A DNA stretch of 64,000 nt, from NCBI GenBank assembly GCA_030390025.1, contig JASTWF010000333.1:248001-312000 (forward strand), in the 5' to 3' direction. The notes under the pieces are model-generated. The model searched no databases and was not told the origin of the DNA. It worked only from the letters and a program-made list of their open reading frames with translations. This document shows positions 37,156 to 49,587 of the stretch, one piece after another. A program made the position numbers and the translations under genes. The stretch's first letter is position 1. Each line of letters starts with the position of its first letter. The DNA is from Squalus acanthias (lineage: Eukaryota).

Positions 37156-39252
37156 CTTCTCTCTTGCAGGACATGGTGACACATAATCTGAGCCAGCAGG
37201 AGCTAAGCGGCGGGGGACAGGCGCGGCTGTTTGTCCTTAAACCCCATGGAGGAAACAGTGCTCGCCATCATTGGAGTGGCCATTGCTGAGGTCGTGGCCA
37301 GCAGCGGGGTTGAAACGATAGAAGATGACGGTATCCTCATACCTAATCCTCCTTCTCACATCCCACTTCCCAGTCATCCTACAATCTCTGCTGATTTATA
37401 AGCTGCAGATGATGTAAGCATGCACCTCTTGCTTTCCCCCTCCTTCCCTCACCACAACCATACCCTTGTGCCTTTCTCCTTTCAGATACCCAAGAACTGC
37501 AACCTGGCCACCCAGGGGTAGAAGAGCAACAGGTGGAAGAGCAGGAAGACAGTGAAGAAGAAAAAACACCGTCACTCGATATCACACTCGCAGCCACCAG
37601 CTCAGAAACTGACACTGCGCAATTTAGAGGATAGCTTAGAGGCGGGATTTCCACATGGTCAGACACTGGGCACGAGTGGCCTTCAACCAGGGCAGGGGAC
37701 ATGTGTAGCACAGGTACCAGCTCGCCGGAGGGCGAGGTCGCACACGAGTTCTGCTGCAGAGGACTCAGATGAGCACTTTGATAGGGCAGGCTACAGAAGA
37801 ACGCTGATGGGTATGCACAATGAAATGCTTGGTGCATTGGCAGGCCTGCCAGAAAGCCTGCGTGCAATGTCAAGGAGCATGGAGGAGTCCGGCACCAGCC
37901 TTGCACAGGGCTTTGCGCAGAGCTTGGAGCCCATGATTTCCAGCATGGAAGTGGTGGCCAACTCCATCAGCACACTTGTGGATCCACCAAGATACAATGT
38001 CTGATGGTCGATGTCTCACCTTCCATTGCAGCACAAGCAGAAGCTGCCCAATGTCTGAGTGCTGCAGTGTAAGCCCAGACTTTTATCATGCAAGCTCAGC
38101 TTGCTGCCTCATCAGCTCAGACTGCTGCCAACATGGCTGCGGATATCGGTGTTCACAGCGGCTTGCAGTGTATCCAGCAATCTGTCCTCCAACAGATTAC
38201 TAGGATTGCTGAGGTGCTGCCCCCAGGGGAGTGGAAGTGGCTCCGCGGAACACGAACCTGCTGTCCTCTCTCAGGAAGACAGCATTCATCCTCCCACCAC
38301 TGCCGCTCCTCCAGTGCCCTTGCTGTTGCCTGTCAGCCAGCCAGCCCAGACTGCTGCCACCCATGCCGAGATGGTGCAGTCCAAAGCCGGGCCTTCTAGG
38401 CCCAGAGCTGCTTGAGGTCGTCCTGCAAGGCCATCTGCAGTCTCCCCCACTGAAAGTCAGCAGCCTTCCACCAGCCATGCTGCAGCCACTGGGGTAGCAC
38501 TGCGTAGGAGCACGAGGACAGGCAAAGGCACACGGAAGACAAGCACTAAAGGAATCCACAAGGGTGATTAATTGACATTTTTATGCAATATGGCATGGCT
38601 TGATTTATAAATTTGGTTTTGAATGTTTATTTTGTGTTGCCTTTCCTTTTTGCATTGTGGCCAAGCAGACACTGTGGTGGACAGTAACAGAGGGAAGGTA
38701 AGGTGTGGGATTGTTGGTGAATGGGAATTGGGGTTGTGTTTACTGATCTCGCAGTCAGATGAGTCGTTCACAGACAGCCTGCCCAGAAAGGGGCTGTCTA
38801 GGTTGCCTCCTCCCTTCCTCTTCCTCCTCCTCCTGCTCCTCCTACTTCTCCTCCTACTTCTCCTCCTCCTGCTCCTCAACTGGTCGCCAATAGCTGGTGG
38901 CAAGGGCTGTGCCCTCATGCTGGCGAGGTTGTGCAGCATGCAGCAACCACCACGAATCTTGACACACGCTCTGCCGAGTACTGCAGGGCTCCTCCAGAGC
39001 AGTCCAGGCAGTGGAAGCGTTGTTTCAGCTCGCCAATGGTCTGCTCTATCACATGTTGTTGTATGCATGCTGCCCACGTGTATGTGGGTTGCGCACCGGA
39101 GTCATGAGCCATGTTGTCAGCGGATAACCCTTGTCGCCCAGTAGCCACCCTCTGGTTTGTCGTGGTGGCTCAAATGCAGATGGCACAGCGGGCTGCCGCA
39201 GAATGAAGGCACCATGACTGCTGCCAGGATACCGAGCATTGACCTGCTTGAT

Positions 39253-39527
39253 TCATAGAAACATAGAATCTAGGAGCAGGAGTAGGCCATTCGGCCCGTC
39301 GAGCCTGCTCCACCATTCAATACGATCATGGCTGATCATCCAAGTCCAGTACCCTGTCCCTGCTTTAATCCCCACAGTACACATATCCCACCCTACCCCC
39401 GTAACCCCACGTATTTAATTCCCCCTAACATATCCCATCCTATCCCCATAACCCCACATATTTAATCCCCCCCTAACACTAAGGGTCAATTTATCATAGC
39501 CAAATCAACCTAACCCGCACATTTTGG
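39253..39527 (-). mobile_element. 5'-truncated HE1-like SINE with CR1-type tail
   Basis: CR1-type 3' tail (cctactcctgctcctagattctatgtttctatg) plus gtgcgggttaggttgatttggctatg body; flanked by attc. Confidence 0.65.
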
Positions 39528-39837
39528 GACATTCGCTGCCTATGGTTTCACACCAACTGAACGTTGAGGAAGTGGAATCACTTTCGGTTGCGGTACATTT
39601 CAGAGTCGACATGCGGTGCCCGCAAAGCGACGTGCATACAATCAATGGCACCCTGCACCATGGGGAAGCCTGCAATCCAAGCAAAGCTGCATGCTCACTC
39701 CACCTGCTGCTCTCTGGCAAGAGAGAATGAAATGTAGTCACCTCTCTTGGAATAGAGAGCCTCAGTGACCTCCCTTACACAACAGTGGATGGCAAACTGC
39801 GAGATGTTGTAAATATCGCCACCTCAAGCCTGGAAGG

Positions 39838-40350
39838 CATAGAACATAAGAGCAGAGAGGTTATGCTATAATTGTATAAAACACTAGTTAGGCCACAGCA
39901 AGAGTACTGCGTACAGTTCTGGTCACCACATTACAAGAAAGATGTGATCGCACTAGAGAGGGTACAGAGGCAATTTACGAGGATGTTACCAGGACTGGAG
40001 AATTTACCGATGAGGAAAGATTGGATAGGCTGGGTTGTTTTCTTTGGAACAGAGGAGGCTGAAGGGAGACTTAATTGAGGTGTGTAACATTTTCAGGGGC
40101 CTAGATAGAGTGGAGAGGAAGGACCTATTTCCCTTAGCAGTGAGGTAAATAACCGGGGCATAGATTTAAAATAATTGGTAGAAGGATTAGAGGGGAGTTG
40201 AGGAGATTTTTTTTTCACCCAGAGGGTGGTTGGGGTCTGGAATGCACTGCCTGAAAGGGTGGTAGAGGCAGAAACACTCAAAGCATTTAAAAAATACTTG
40301 GATATGCACCTGAAGTGTCGCCACCTGCAAGGCTACAGACCAAGAGTTGG
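39838..40350 (+). mobile_element. CR1 3' fragment
   Basis: YKTLVRPQQEYCVQFWSPH. Confidence 0.88.
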
Positions 40351-40779
40351 ATTAAATCTGCTTTTAGGCTTACCATCACTGCATCACTGACGCCAGTCTT
40401 CAGCTAATTCGATTCACTCCATGTGATGTCAAGAAACAGCTGAGTGCACTGGACACAGCAAAGACTATGGCCCCGATGTTCACTGGGACGGGGTTTCGGA
40501 GCGTGGGGAGGAGTTACAGTCAGGAAACCCGGAAGTGCAGATTTTCCCGAGCGTGTAGAGTTTTTTTTAAACAGATTCCCTGCATGGAAGCCAGCCCGAT
40601 TGACGGGCTTGGCTGCCTGTCAGACAGGTAAGTTCTCCAGAAGAGGCTTCAGCGGAGGATCCGGGGGGATTGGGGAGAGCATGGTTGGGGGGGTCAGGAG
40701 TGGGTAGACCGTGGTTGGGGGATCGGGGGTGATCACGGGGCTGGGGGGGGGGTCAGGGAGTGATCATTGGGGAGTCGGG

Positions 40780-41640
40780 GGGAGAGTCGGAGTTCGTGGG
40801 GGGTTTTGGGGAGATTGGGATTTGGTGCTGGGGGTTCGGGGAGAGTCGGAGATCGCGGGGGGGGGTTCGGGGAGAGTCGGAGATCACGGGGGGGGGTTCG
40901 GGGAGAGTCGGAGATCACGGGGGGGTTTGGGGAGAGTCGGAGTTCATGGGGGGGTTCGGGGAGAGTCGGAGTTCATGGGGGGGGTTCGGGGAGAGTCGGA
41001 GTTCATGGGGGGGGTTCGGGGAGAGTCGGAGTTCATGGGGGGTTCGGGGAGAGTCGGAGATCGCGGGGGGGTTCGGGGAGAGTCGGAGTTCATGGGGGGG
41101 GTTCGGGGAGAGTCGGAGTTCATGGGGGGGGTTCGGGGAGAGTCGGAGTTCATGGGGGGGGTTCGGGGAGAGTCTGAGATCACGGGGGGGGTTCGGGGAG
41201 AGTCTGAGATCGCGGGGGGTGTTCAGGGAGAGTCTGAGATCGCGGGGGGTGTTCAGGGAGAGTCTGAGATCGCGGGGGGTGTTCAGGGAGAGTCTGAGAT
41301 CGCGGGGGGTGTTCAGGGAGAGTCTGAGATCGCGGGGGGTGTTCAGGGAGAGTCTGAGATCGCGGGGGGTGTTCAGGGAGAGTCTGAGATCGCGGGGGGG
41401 GTTCGGGGAGAGTCTGAGATCGCGGGGGGTGTTCAGGGAGAGTCTGAGATCGCGGGGGGTGTTCAGGGAGAGTCTGAGATCGCGGGGGGTGTTCAGGGAG
41501 AGTCTGAGATCGCGGGTGGGGGAGGTTCGGGGAGATCGGGGGTTGGTGCTGGGTGTTCGGAGAGAGTCAGAGATCATGGGGGAGGGTTCGGGGAGAGTGT
41601 GAGATAGCTGGGGGGGGGGGTTTTGGGGAGATCGGGGGTT
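40780..41640 (+). repeat. G-rich 30-bp minisatellite within a MITE-like segment starting near 40468
   Basis: gttcggggagagtcggagttcatggggggg and gttcagggagagtctgagatcgcggggggt units. Confidence 0.95.
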
Positions 41641-41649
41641 GGTGCTGGG

Positions 41650-44439
41650 CACAAGAAATTCTATGACCTCAGTCGGGTGGTCAAGGTGAGTACATGCTTC
41701 AACAGCTCCTACGTACCAGCATCTGAACCTCAGTCTGTACACACTGCACAAACCACCACACCGCCACCACTCACCCACCAAACATCTTCAGCTACTCAAA
41801 CTCACATCCACATCTCACACCTTGCCTATAATCACAGCTATTCAACTATGGCAGGCATATCTCCCAAATACATAACTGGACTCTGACTCAAACACATTTG
41901 TTTCTCTTGCAGGCCAAGATGGCTCACAATAGGAGGGAGCAGCAGAGAACAGGCGGGGGTGATGCGCAGCTCCAGCAGGTCTCAGACCTTGAGGAGCGAG
42001 TGCTGCGACTCATTGGGCAGCAGTGTGGCCATTGGCAACGTCGACCCCCTTGGGTGCAACAAATGTATGTTCATCCCCTGTCCTTCTCTCATCCTACTTC
42101 CCCCTCACACCATAAGCCTTTTCCACTTTCCAGCTCCTGATACTGTCTGCATTCCTTGCTCCCTTCCTGCCCCCCTGCCCTCACCTTAACGTGAGTCTTG
42201 TGCCTTCCACCACAGTCCACTGGGGATCTCACGGTGTCGCAGCAGGCCAGCAATCTGTGCTCCAGCAAATTGGTAAGGATGCTGAGGTGCTGCCCCAGCG
42301 GAGTGGGAGTGGGTCAGTGGAGCAGGAACCTGCTGTCCTCTCTCAGGATGACAGCATTCCTGCTCCCACCACTGCCACTCCGCCATTGCCCTTGCCCTTG
42401 TCGTTGCCTGTCATCCAGCCAACCCAGACTGTCGCTGCCCATCCTGAGGTGGTGCAGTGTACAGCCGGGACTTCCAGGCCCAGAGCTGGTCGAGGGCGTC
42501 CTGCAAGGCCATCTGTGGTCTCTGGCACCGACACTCAGCAGCCTTCCACCAGCCCTGCTGCAGCCACTGGGGAGACACTACGTAGGAGCACTAGATTAGG
42601 AAAGGGGATTATAAAGAGGGGAGGCAAGGGTTTGCACAAGAGTGATTAGTCAATATTGTTGCTGTATATATGTGGTTGCTGAATTTGGATAAATTTACTC
42701 TTGGAATGTTGCAGATTTGCGGCTGTGTCTCATTTCAGTTTTGGGGTGTGGTACGGAATGAGAAATTGATGGAATGATGGGGACCTGCTGAGCAACCGGG
42801 AAGTGGCCTCCAATTCATTGGAACCGCAGTCTGATGAGGCAGTCACGGACCGCCCTTCCACAAGGCCGGTTGAGTGGCTGCCTCCTCCGTCACTGATGTT
42901 CGTGCTTCTGTTCCTCCTCCTCCTCTTCCTTGTCTTCGGCCTCGGCCTCCTCGTCTCCCTCTTCCTCTTCCTGAGGTGGTGCGGCTATGCCTGGTGGCAA
43001 TGGCTGCGCCCTCATGATGGCCAAGTTGTGCAGCATGCAGCAGGCCATGACGAAAAGGGACACCTGCTCAGCCGAGTACTGGAGGGCTCCTCCCGAGCGG
43101 TCAAGGCAGCGGAACCATTGCTTGAGCACTCCGATGGTCTGCTCTATGATGTTCCTGGTTGCAGCTTGGCTCTCATTGTATGATTGCTGGGCACGAGTGT
43201 TGGGGTTGCGGAGGGGAGCCATGAGCCAGGTGGGGAGCGGAAAGCCCTTGTCTCCCAGCAGCCAGCCATGAGTTTGATGTGGTGGCTGGAACAGATAGCG
43301 GGCATTGACGGTGAGGATTCGCTGTGTGTGGTCACACACCAACTGCACATTAATTGAGTGGTAGCCTTTGCGGTTACAGAATACCTCAGGATTGTTACGG
43401 GGTGCCCACAAAGCCACGTGATGCAGTCAATGGCGCCCTGCACCATGGGCAAGCCCGCTATCCTGGCAAAGCCACATGCACGCTCGCGCTGCTTCTCTCT
43501 GGCCATGGGAAGGAAATGTAGTCCCTTCTCCTTCTGTACAGAGCACCTGTGACCACACAGATTCAGCGATGGACAGCGAACTACGAGATGTTCGCTATGT
43601 CTCCTGTTGCACACTGGAAGGATCCGCTGGCGTAGAAATTGAGGGCGACGGTGACCTTGGCTGCCACTGAGAGAGCCGTGGTGCTCCTGATGTGAGGCTC
43701 GAGGTCTGGCTGCAGGAGGTGGCAGAGCTCTGTGACCACGTCCTTGGTGAAGCGGAGCCTTCTAACACACTGTTCCTCAGTGAAATTGATGTAGGAGAAA
43801 TGCTGCCGGAATACCCTGGGAGGGTAAGGCCTCCTGTTGAGAGTCCTGTTGGCCCTCCTCCATCTGGCCACATTTTGCAATCTTTCTCTCTACCTCCGCT
43901 GCCTCTGATGGTGACACTGGAGGGCAAGGTCCGGGGCCAGTACAGCCCCCATTGAAGTATGGAAATGTTGCACTTTCAAATCTCAACTAAATGAAAGTGA
44001 ATAATTTTTCTGAACTAGAAGACTCCTTCAACTGAAAAATGCTGAAATCGCTCAAAACACCTGTTTGCCTATGTCAAACTGACAAGGCAGCAGTCTTTTG
44101 CCGCCTAAAAATAAACCGGATATTGACGCCTTATAGCGCTCCTCCAGCGTTCATCAGGTAGCTGCCTCCTCTGCCTGTTGTTGCTTATGGCAGGCGCTCA
44201 GGCAGGGGGCGAGAGTGAATCTCTGAGCCGGGTTGCTACCGGGGCGCTACGCAGCTGGATGATGTCACGATCTCCAGTTGCAGGAGAGCGTGGCGCTAGT
44301 GGGTAGCGCCGCCGCAAACCTCCACTTCAATTTCACGGGCGTTGGTACTATCGCCGCGTCCAGTCGCTAAGCCAGTAGTGCCCCGTTAGCGCCCCCGGAG
44401 GCACTAACGGGAAGCGCAAAGGTACCCAATTTAACCCCC
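41650..44439. mobile_element. Left-truncated Harbinger 4 (Myb remnants +, frameshifted transposase - at about 42810-43952)
   Basis: KKFYDLSRVVK|gtgagt; exon 2 AKMAHNRREQQRTGGG; transposase GDKGFPL, IEQTIG; right end similar to 45882-50101. Confidence 0.88.
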
Positions 44440-44451
44440 TATGATTCTATA

Positions 44452-44635
44452 CCTCCCTCCAGTCTATAAAACAACCGTTCACCAACACTCTCCTTTCTGT
44501 CCGTTAGCCAATTTCATATCCACGCTGCCACTGTCCCTTTAATTCCATGGGCTTTAATTTTGCTAACAAGTCTATTATGTGGTACTTTATCAAACGCCTT
44601 ATTAAAGTCCATATACACAACATCAACTGCAACAT
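44452..44635 (-). mobile_element. Short CR1 RT fragment
   Basis: Reverse complement of the KAFDKVPHNRL...WLTDRK region. Confidence 0.8.
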
Positions 44636-46241
44636 CCCCTAGGGCGATGACCTTAGACCCCATTTGGCAGTGTCATTTTCCTGTTTCTATCTTGTACCTT
44701 CAGTCACTTCCTCATGTCCAATTTACACAACCCATTATATTAATATTTCATCTCATTAATGAGCCCTGGAAGAACTTTACTGTCCAATAAATATTCACAG
44801 TTTGGTCCAATGTCTCAATATGTTTTGTTTATTTTACTTAAACCCTTCTTGGACCTTTTTTTAAATATCCTGCTTCAGTATGCCCGAGTCCATAATCTTT
44901 TCAAGATGATCCCAATTCCAGAGGGCAGCTCAGTCTGCAGGATGAGTGATGAGGGATATCAGTTACCTTGAGCACAACAGTCTCCTCGACACAAAGACTA
45001 GACCGGACTAGGATTGTTGGACTGACAAGACTTGTCAATGTTTCATTTCATTTCCCAAAAAGAAGTTTCTTGCTTGATACACAGCATTGGGCAGTAACCA
45101 CTTAGACTGGACTCTGTGATTATCCCCTTAAACTTCAGGTAAATGTTCCCTTCTCGAGTGCTTGAACAGCAACTCATATCAATATATCTGATCAGGAAAG
45201 CCAGCACGGATTTGTTAAGGGCAAATTGTGTTTCACTAACTTAATTGAGTTCTTTGATGAAGTAACAGAGAGGGTTGATGAGGGCAATGCAGTTGACATG
45301 GTGTACATGGACTTCCTAAAGGCGTTTGATAAAGTGCCACATAATAGGCTTGCCAGCAAAGTTGAAGCCCATGGAATAAAAGGGACAATGGCAGCATGGA
45401 TACGAAATTGGCTAAGTGACAGGAAACAGAGAGTAGTGGTGGACGGTTGTTTTTCGGACTGGAGGAAGGTACACTGTGGTGTTTCCCAGTGGTCGGTACT
45501 AGGACCACTGCATTTCTTGATATATATTAATGACTTGAACTTGGGTGTACAGAGTACAATTTCAAAATTTTCAGATGACACAAAACTTGGAAGTATAGTG
45601 AACATTGAGGACGATAGTGATAGACTTCAAGAAGACATAGATAGGCTGGTGGAATGGGCGGACATGTGGCTGATGAAATTTAACGCAGAAAAGTACGAAG
45701 TGATACGTTTTGGTAGGAAGAACGTGGAGAGGCAATATAAACTAAAGGGTACAATCCTAAAGGGAGTGCATGAACAGAGAGACCTAGGGGTATATGTGCA
45801 CAATTCATTGAAGGTGGCAGGGCAGGTTGAGAAAGCGGTTAAAAAGCATACGGGATCCTGGGCTTCATAAATAGAGACATAGGGGGAAAAATTAGGTCGC
45901 GCCCCATTTGGGGCGCAAATATCGTCTGGACGCAAATATTAGCGCCTGGCGCTAATTATCGCCACTGACTGGAAACTTCACTTTTACCGCCCCAGGAGGT
46001 GAGTGGAGCGCTAAATCAGGCGCTGCACACCTGTCTTAAGGCGCAAAGGCCGAGCAGTGAGGCGCTAACTCAGCGCGCGAGCGCAGCGCAGCTGCTGCCA
46101 GTTAGTGAGGGAACACAGACACACTGGCGCCGGCCACTTCTTAAAGCGGGGGGGGGCCAACTTGCTCCCCAGCCACACCCTGCTCATTACAGCCTTGAAT
46201 CTCGGCCTGGAGAGACCTGTGAATCCATTTTGCTGCCAAGG

Positions 46242-48114
46242 ATGGAGAGGGAGAGAGAACGAGCTCATCGCTTCACCGAGCGGGCCTTGGATGCTCTGGT
46301 TGGCGCGGTGGAGCGCAGAAGATGTATACTCTTCCCTGAGAGTGGCAGGAGGCCTTTGCCACGCGAGTTCAGAAGAGTGTGGAGGGAGGTGGCTCAGAGC
46401 GTCTCCTCCAGGAGCATGGTGCCCAGGACCCATACTCAATGCTGCAAAAAGTTCAACGACCTCACTCGGGTCGTCAGGGTGAGTGGCTTTTTTCAATACC
46501 TCTCCATCCCTCCATCTCAACCTCACTCTATGGCCAGAGGGTCTTAAAACCCCAATGCACAACACTCATCCAACACCTATGGCCCTTTCATGAAACACAC
46601 ACACACATTCCACACTTTGCATACAGTAAGGGCTATTCACCTATGGGAGGCACATCAGGCAAGACCATGGCTGCATACAGTAAGGGCTATTCACCTATGG
46701 GAGGCACATCAGGCAAGACCATGGCTGCATACAGTAAGGGCTATTCACCTATGGGAGGCACATCAGGCAAGACCATGGCTGTATATTTACTCAGATGCTG
46801 TCTTTTTTCTTGCAGGCCAAGCTGGCGCATAATCGGAGACAGCAGCAACGGACAGGTGGAGGGCGGCCTCAGCTACAACCCCTCAGCGATCTTGAGGAGC
46901 GCGTCCACAGGATTGTGGCAAGCCGGGTGATCGGTCCCGTCGCCACTGGAGACTCCGACCCCGTTCTGGACAGCAATGGTAAGGTCATCACCTTTTTGTC
47001 CTCTGTCCTTCCACTTGTCCCTCACAACACCAGCCTTTGACACTTTCAATCCAACTTGCTAACTCGCTGCACTTATTCCTCCCTTACTGCCACCCTGTCC
47101 TCACGCTAAAGCCACTCTTGTACCTCCCTGCTTTCAGATGGTGATTCACCAGCTGAGGAGACGAGCCCTGAAGCTGCCACTGGGAGTGAAGCTGCAGCCG
47201 AGGAGGAAGAGGAAGCCGGAGCATCAGTGCCACCCTCTCCCGAGGAAGCCCATGCCCACACTGGGAACACGCCTTCCCTGGAGGGGAGCAGGGGGGAAGG
47301 GTCTGATGAGGGTGAAGCTCCAGGACCCAGCGGGCTGCAGCAACGCCATGGGGGTAGGGAAGAACGGGGGCCTTCTCCCCAGAGGGAGAGTATGCCAGAC
47401 ACTCCTACTGCAATGGACGCAGAGGAGGAGCGGCTGATCGCAGAAATGAACACCCAGGCGGTGGGCATGCACACTGAGCTCATGGGTGCAGTGGGAAGGG
47501 TGCCCGAATGCATTGAGTCACTGGCAAGGAGTGTGGAGCACTTCGCTGTAGCACAGGCGGATGCCACACTAACGCTTAGTGCTGCAATTCAGTCACTGGC
47601 TGCCGTGATCCCATCTCTGACTGCTCTCATGCAGACTCAGATTGAGGCCACGCGAGTACAGACTGCTGCCAACCTCGATGGTTCGTTCACATGTCCCCGG
47701 GGCTGTCACCGCGCCGCAGCAGGCCAGCAATCTGTTCTCCAGCAGATTGCTCCGGATGCTGAAGTGCTGCCCCGTGGGAGTGCCAGTGTGTCGGGCGAGC
47801 AGGGAGTTGCTGTCCTCTCTCACGATGACAGCATTCCTGCTGCCAACACTGTCACTTCTCCACTGCACTTACCACCGCCTGTAGGACAGACTGCTGCCGC
47901 CCATGCAGAGTTGGTGCAGTCTGCAGCCGGGTCCTCCAGGCCCAGAACTGGTCGAGGCCGTCCTTCAGGGGCATCTGCAGTGTCAGGGTCTGACGAGCAG
48001 CAGCCTTCCACCAGCCTTTCTGCAGCCACTGAGGTCCCATTACGGAGGACCAGTAGGGTTAGAAGGGGGGAAGTGCGCAAGGGAAGGAGATCACCCTCGA
48101 AGGGCAAAAAGTAG
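46242..48114 (+). CDS. Harbinger Myb/SANT-like protein, intact 3-exon ORF of 458 aa (46242-46478, 46816-46978, 47138-48114)
   Basis: GT-AG introns (phase 0 and phase 1) join into a stop-free 1377-nt frame; RFTERALDALV...W.EVA...RTHTQCCKKFNDL domain. Confidence 0.88.
46618..46779 (+). repeat. 3 x 54-bp tandem repeat in Myb intron 1
   Basis: tgcatacagtaagggctattcacctatgggaggcacatcaggcaagaccatggc repeated three times. Confidence 0.97.
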
Positions 48115-48426
48115 GAGGTGTGACAAAATGCTGGTCATTTTTTTATTAAAGGTCGAGGTTCATGGTCCAACTTCTGTTTAGTGTTTTGGACATTATCTCC
48201 AGGTTGTGAGAACCAGTTATGTTATTGACTGTTTTTTTGTGTTTATTTCTATGAGTTTGTCATGAGGAATTGACACACACAGAGTTTGTAAAATAAATAA
48301 GTTTCTGTATTCAAAATATACATGGTTGGTGGTTGGAATTATTGGTGCCTTGGCCGGCTTAGGGGTTGCGTGCTGGGTTCATTGATGTTGTTAGCAATGG
48401 CAGAAGCCATTTCCACAGCAGGGGCC

Positions 48427-49587
48427 CTAGAAGAGGCTTGCTATCAGCCGTTGACGGACGGCCCTTGCAGTTTGACCATTGTGGGCCGCCCTCCCGCCTT
48501 GGTGCTGCTGATGATAATCCTCCTCCTCTTCTTCCTCCTCTTCCTCCTCCTCCTCTGGTGGTGCTCCAAGGCCTGGTGGCATTGGCTAGGTCCTGAGGAT
48601 TGCCATGTTATGCAACATGCAGCACACAACTACGAAGTTGGATACTCGCTCAGGCGAGTACTGCAGGGCTCCTCCAGAATGGTCGAGACAGCGGAACCGT
48701 TGCTTCAGCACGCCGATTGTGCGCTCAATTATGTTCCTGGTAGCTTGATGGCTCTCATTGTACCGCAGCTCAGCAGGGGTGTTGGGCGTACGGAGCGGTG
48801 TCATCAGCCAGGTGCTCAATGCATACCCCTTGTCCCCGAGAAGCCAACCAACTGGCTGATGCGGTGCCTCGAAAAGTTCTGCCACAGTAGTCTGGCGCAG
48901 GATAAAAGCATCGTGGCAGCTGCCAGGATAGTGGGCATTGACAGCGAGTATCAGCTGTCTGTGGTCACAGACCAACTGAACATTCAAGGAATGGAACCCC
49001 TTTCTGTTCCGGAATTCCTCGGCATTCTCATGTGGAGCACGCAAAGCCACATGCGTGCAGTCAATGGCGCCCTGCACCATGGGGAAGCCCGCTATCCTCG
49101 CAAAGCCCAGAGCGTGGTCACACTGCTTGTCTGGGGTCATGGGGAAAGAGATGAACTCTCGTCTCCTTTTAAAGAGGGCATTTGTGACCTGCCGGATGCA
49201 GCAATGCACCGCGAACTGGGAGATATTGGCGAGGTCCCCAGCAGCAGCTTGAAATGAGCCAGTAGCGTAGAAGTTGAGAGCCACTGTGACCTTCACTGCC
49301 ACCGACAGAGACGTCCTGGACCTCAGTTGAGGCTGCAGATCTGGCTGCAGCAGGTGGCAGAGCTCAGTGACCACCTCCTTGCTGAATCGCAGCCTTCACA
49401 AACACAGCTCCTCAGACATATGAATGTAGGAGAGCTGTTCACGATATACCCTGGGAGGGTAAGCTCTCCTGTACATACGCCTGTTGGCCCTCCTCCGTCT
49501 GGCCATCATTGCCACTCTCTCTCTGCGTCTCTGTGTCCTCCGATTCAGCTGGAGCAGGACGACGCCCCCAATCAGTGCAGCCCCCAT
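48427..49587 (-). pseudogene. Harbinger DDE transposase, 386 codons with two in-frame stops
   Basis: Single frame; TGA at 49396-49398 and TAG at 48586-48588; IDCTH, HDAFIL, GDKGY, IERTIG motifs intact. Confidence 0.92.

Larger units (their letters stand above)
34103..39835. mobile_element. Degraded Harbinger 3 (Myb +, transposase -)
   Basis: Myb exon 1 remnant RTWVQCCKKFNDL|gtcagt near 34430, exon 2 from 37170, exon 3 to 38570; transposase remnants 38740-39835 (IEQTIG, GALQYS, QGAIDC). Confidence 0.85.

Noticed and set aside
40711..41781. Long Gly/Pro-rich ORFs (280-298 aa)
   Set aside because: By-products of a 30-bp tandem repeat that is open in several frames on both strands
48322..49257. 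311-aa plus-strand ORF
   Set aside because: Antisense shadow of the Harbinger transposase with no recognisable motifs
48586..49374. Domesticated host HARBI1 gene
   Set aside because: Lies inside TIRs and a TSD with a partner Myb gene, has premature stops and several local relatives; it is a transposon copy
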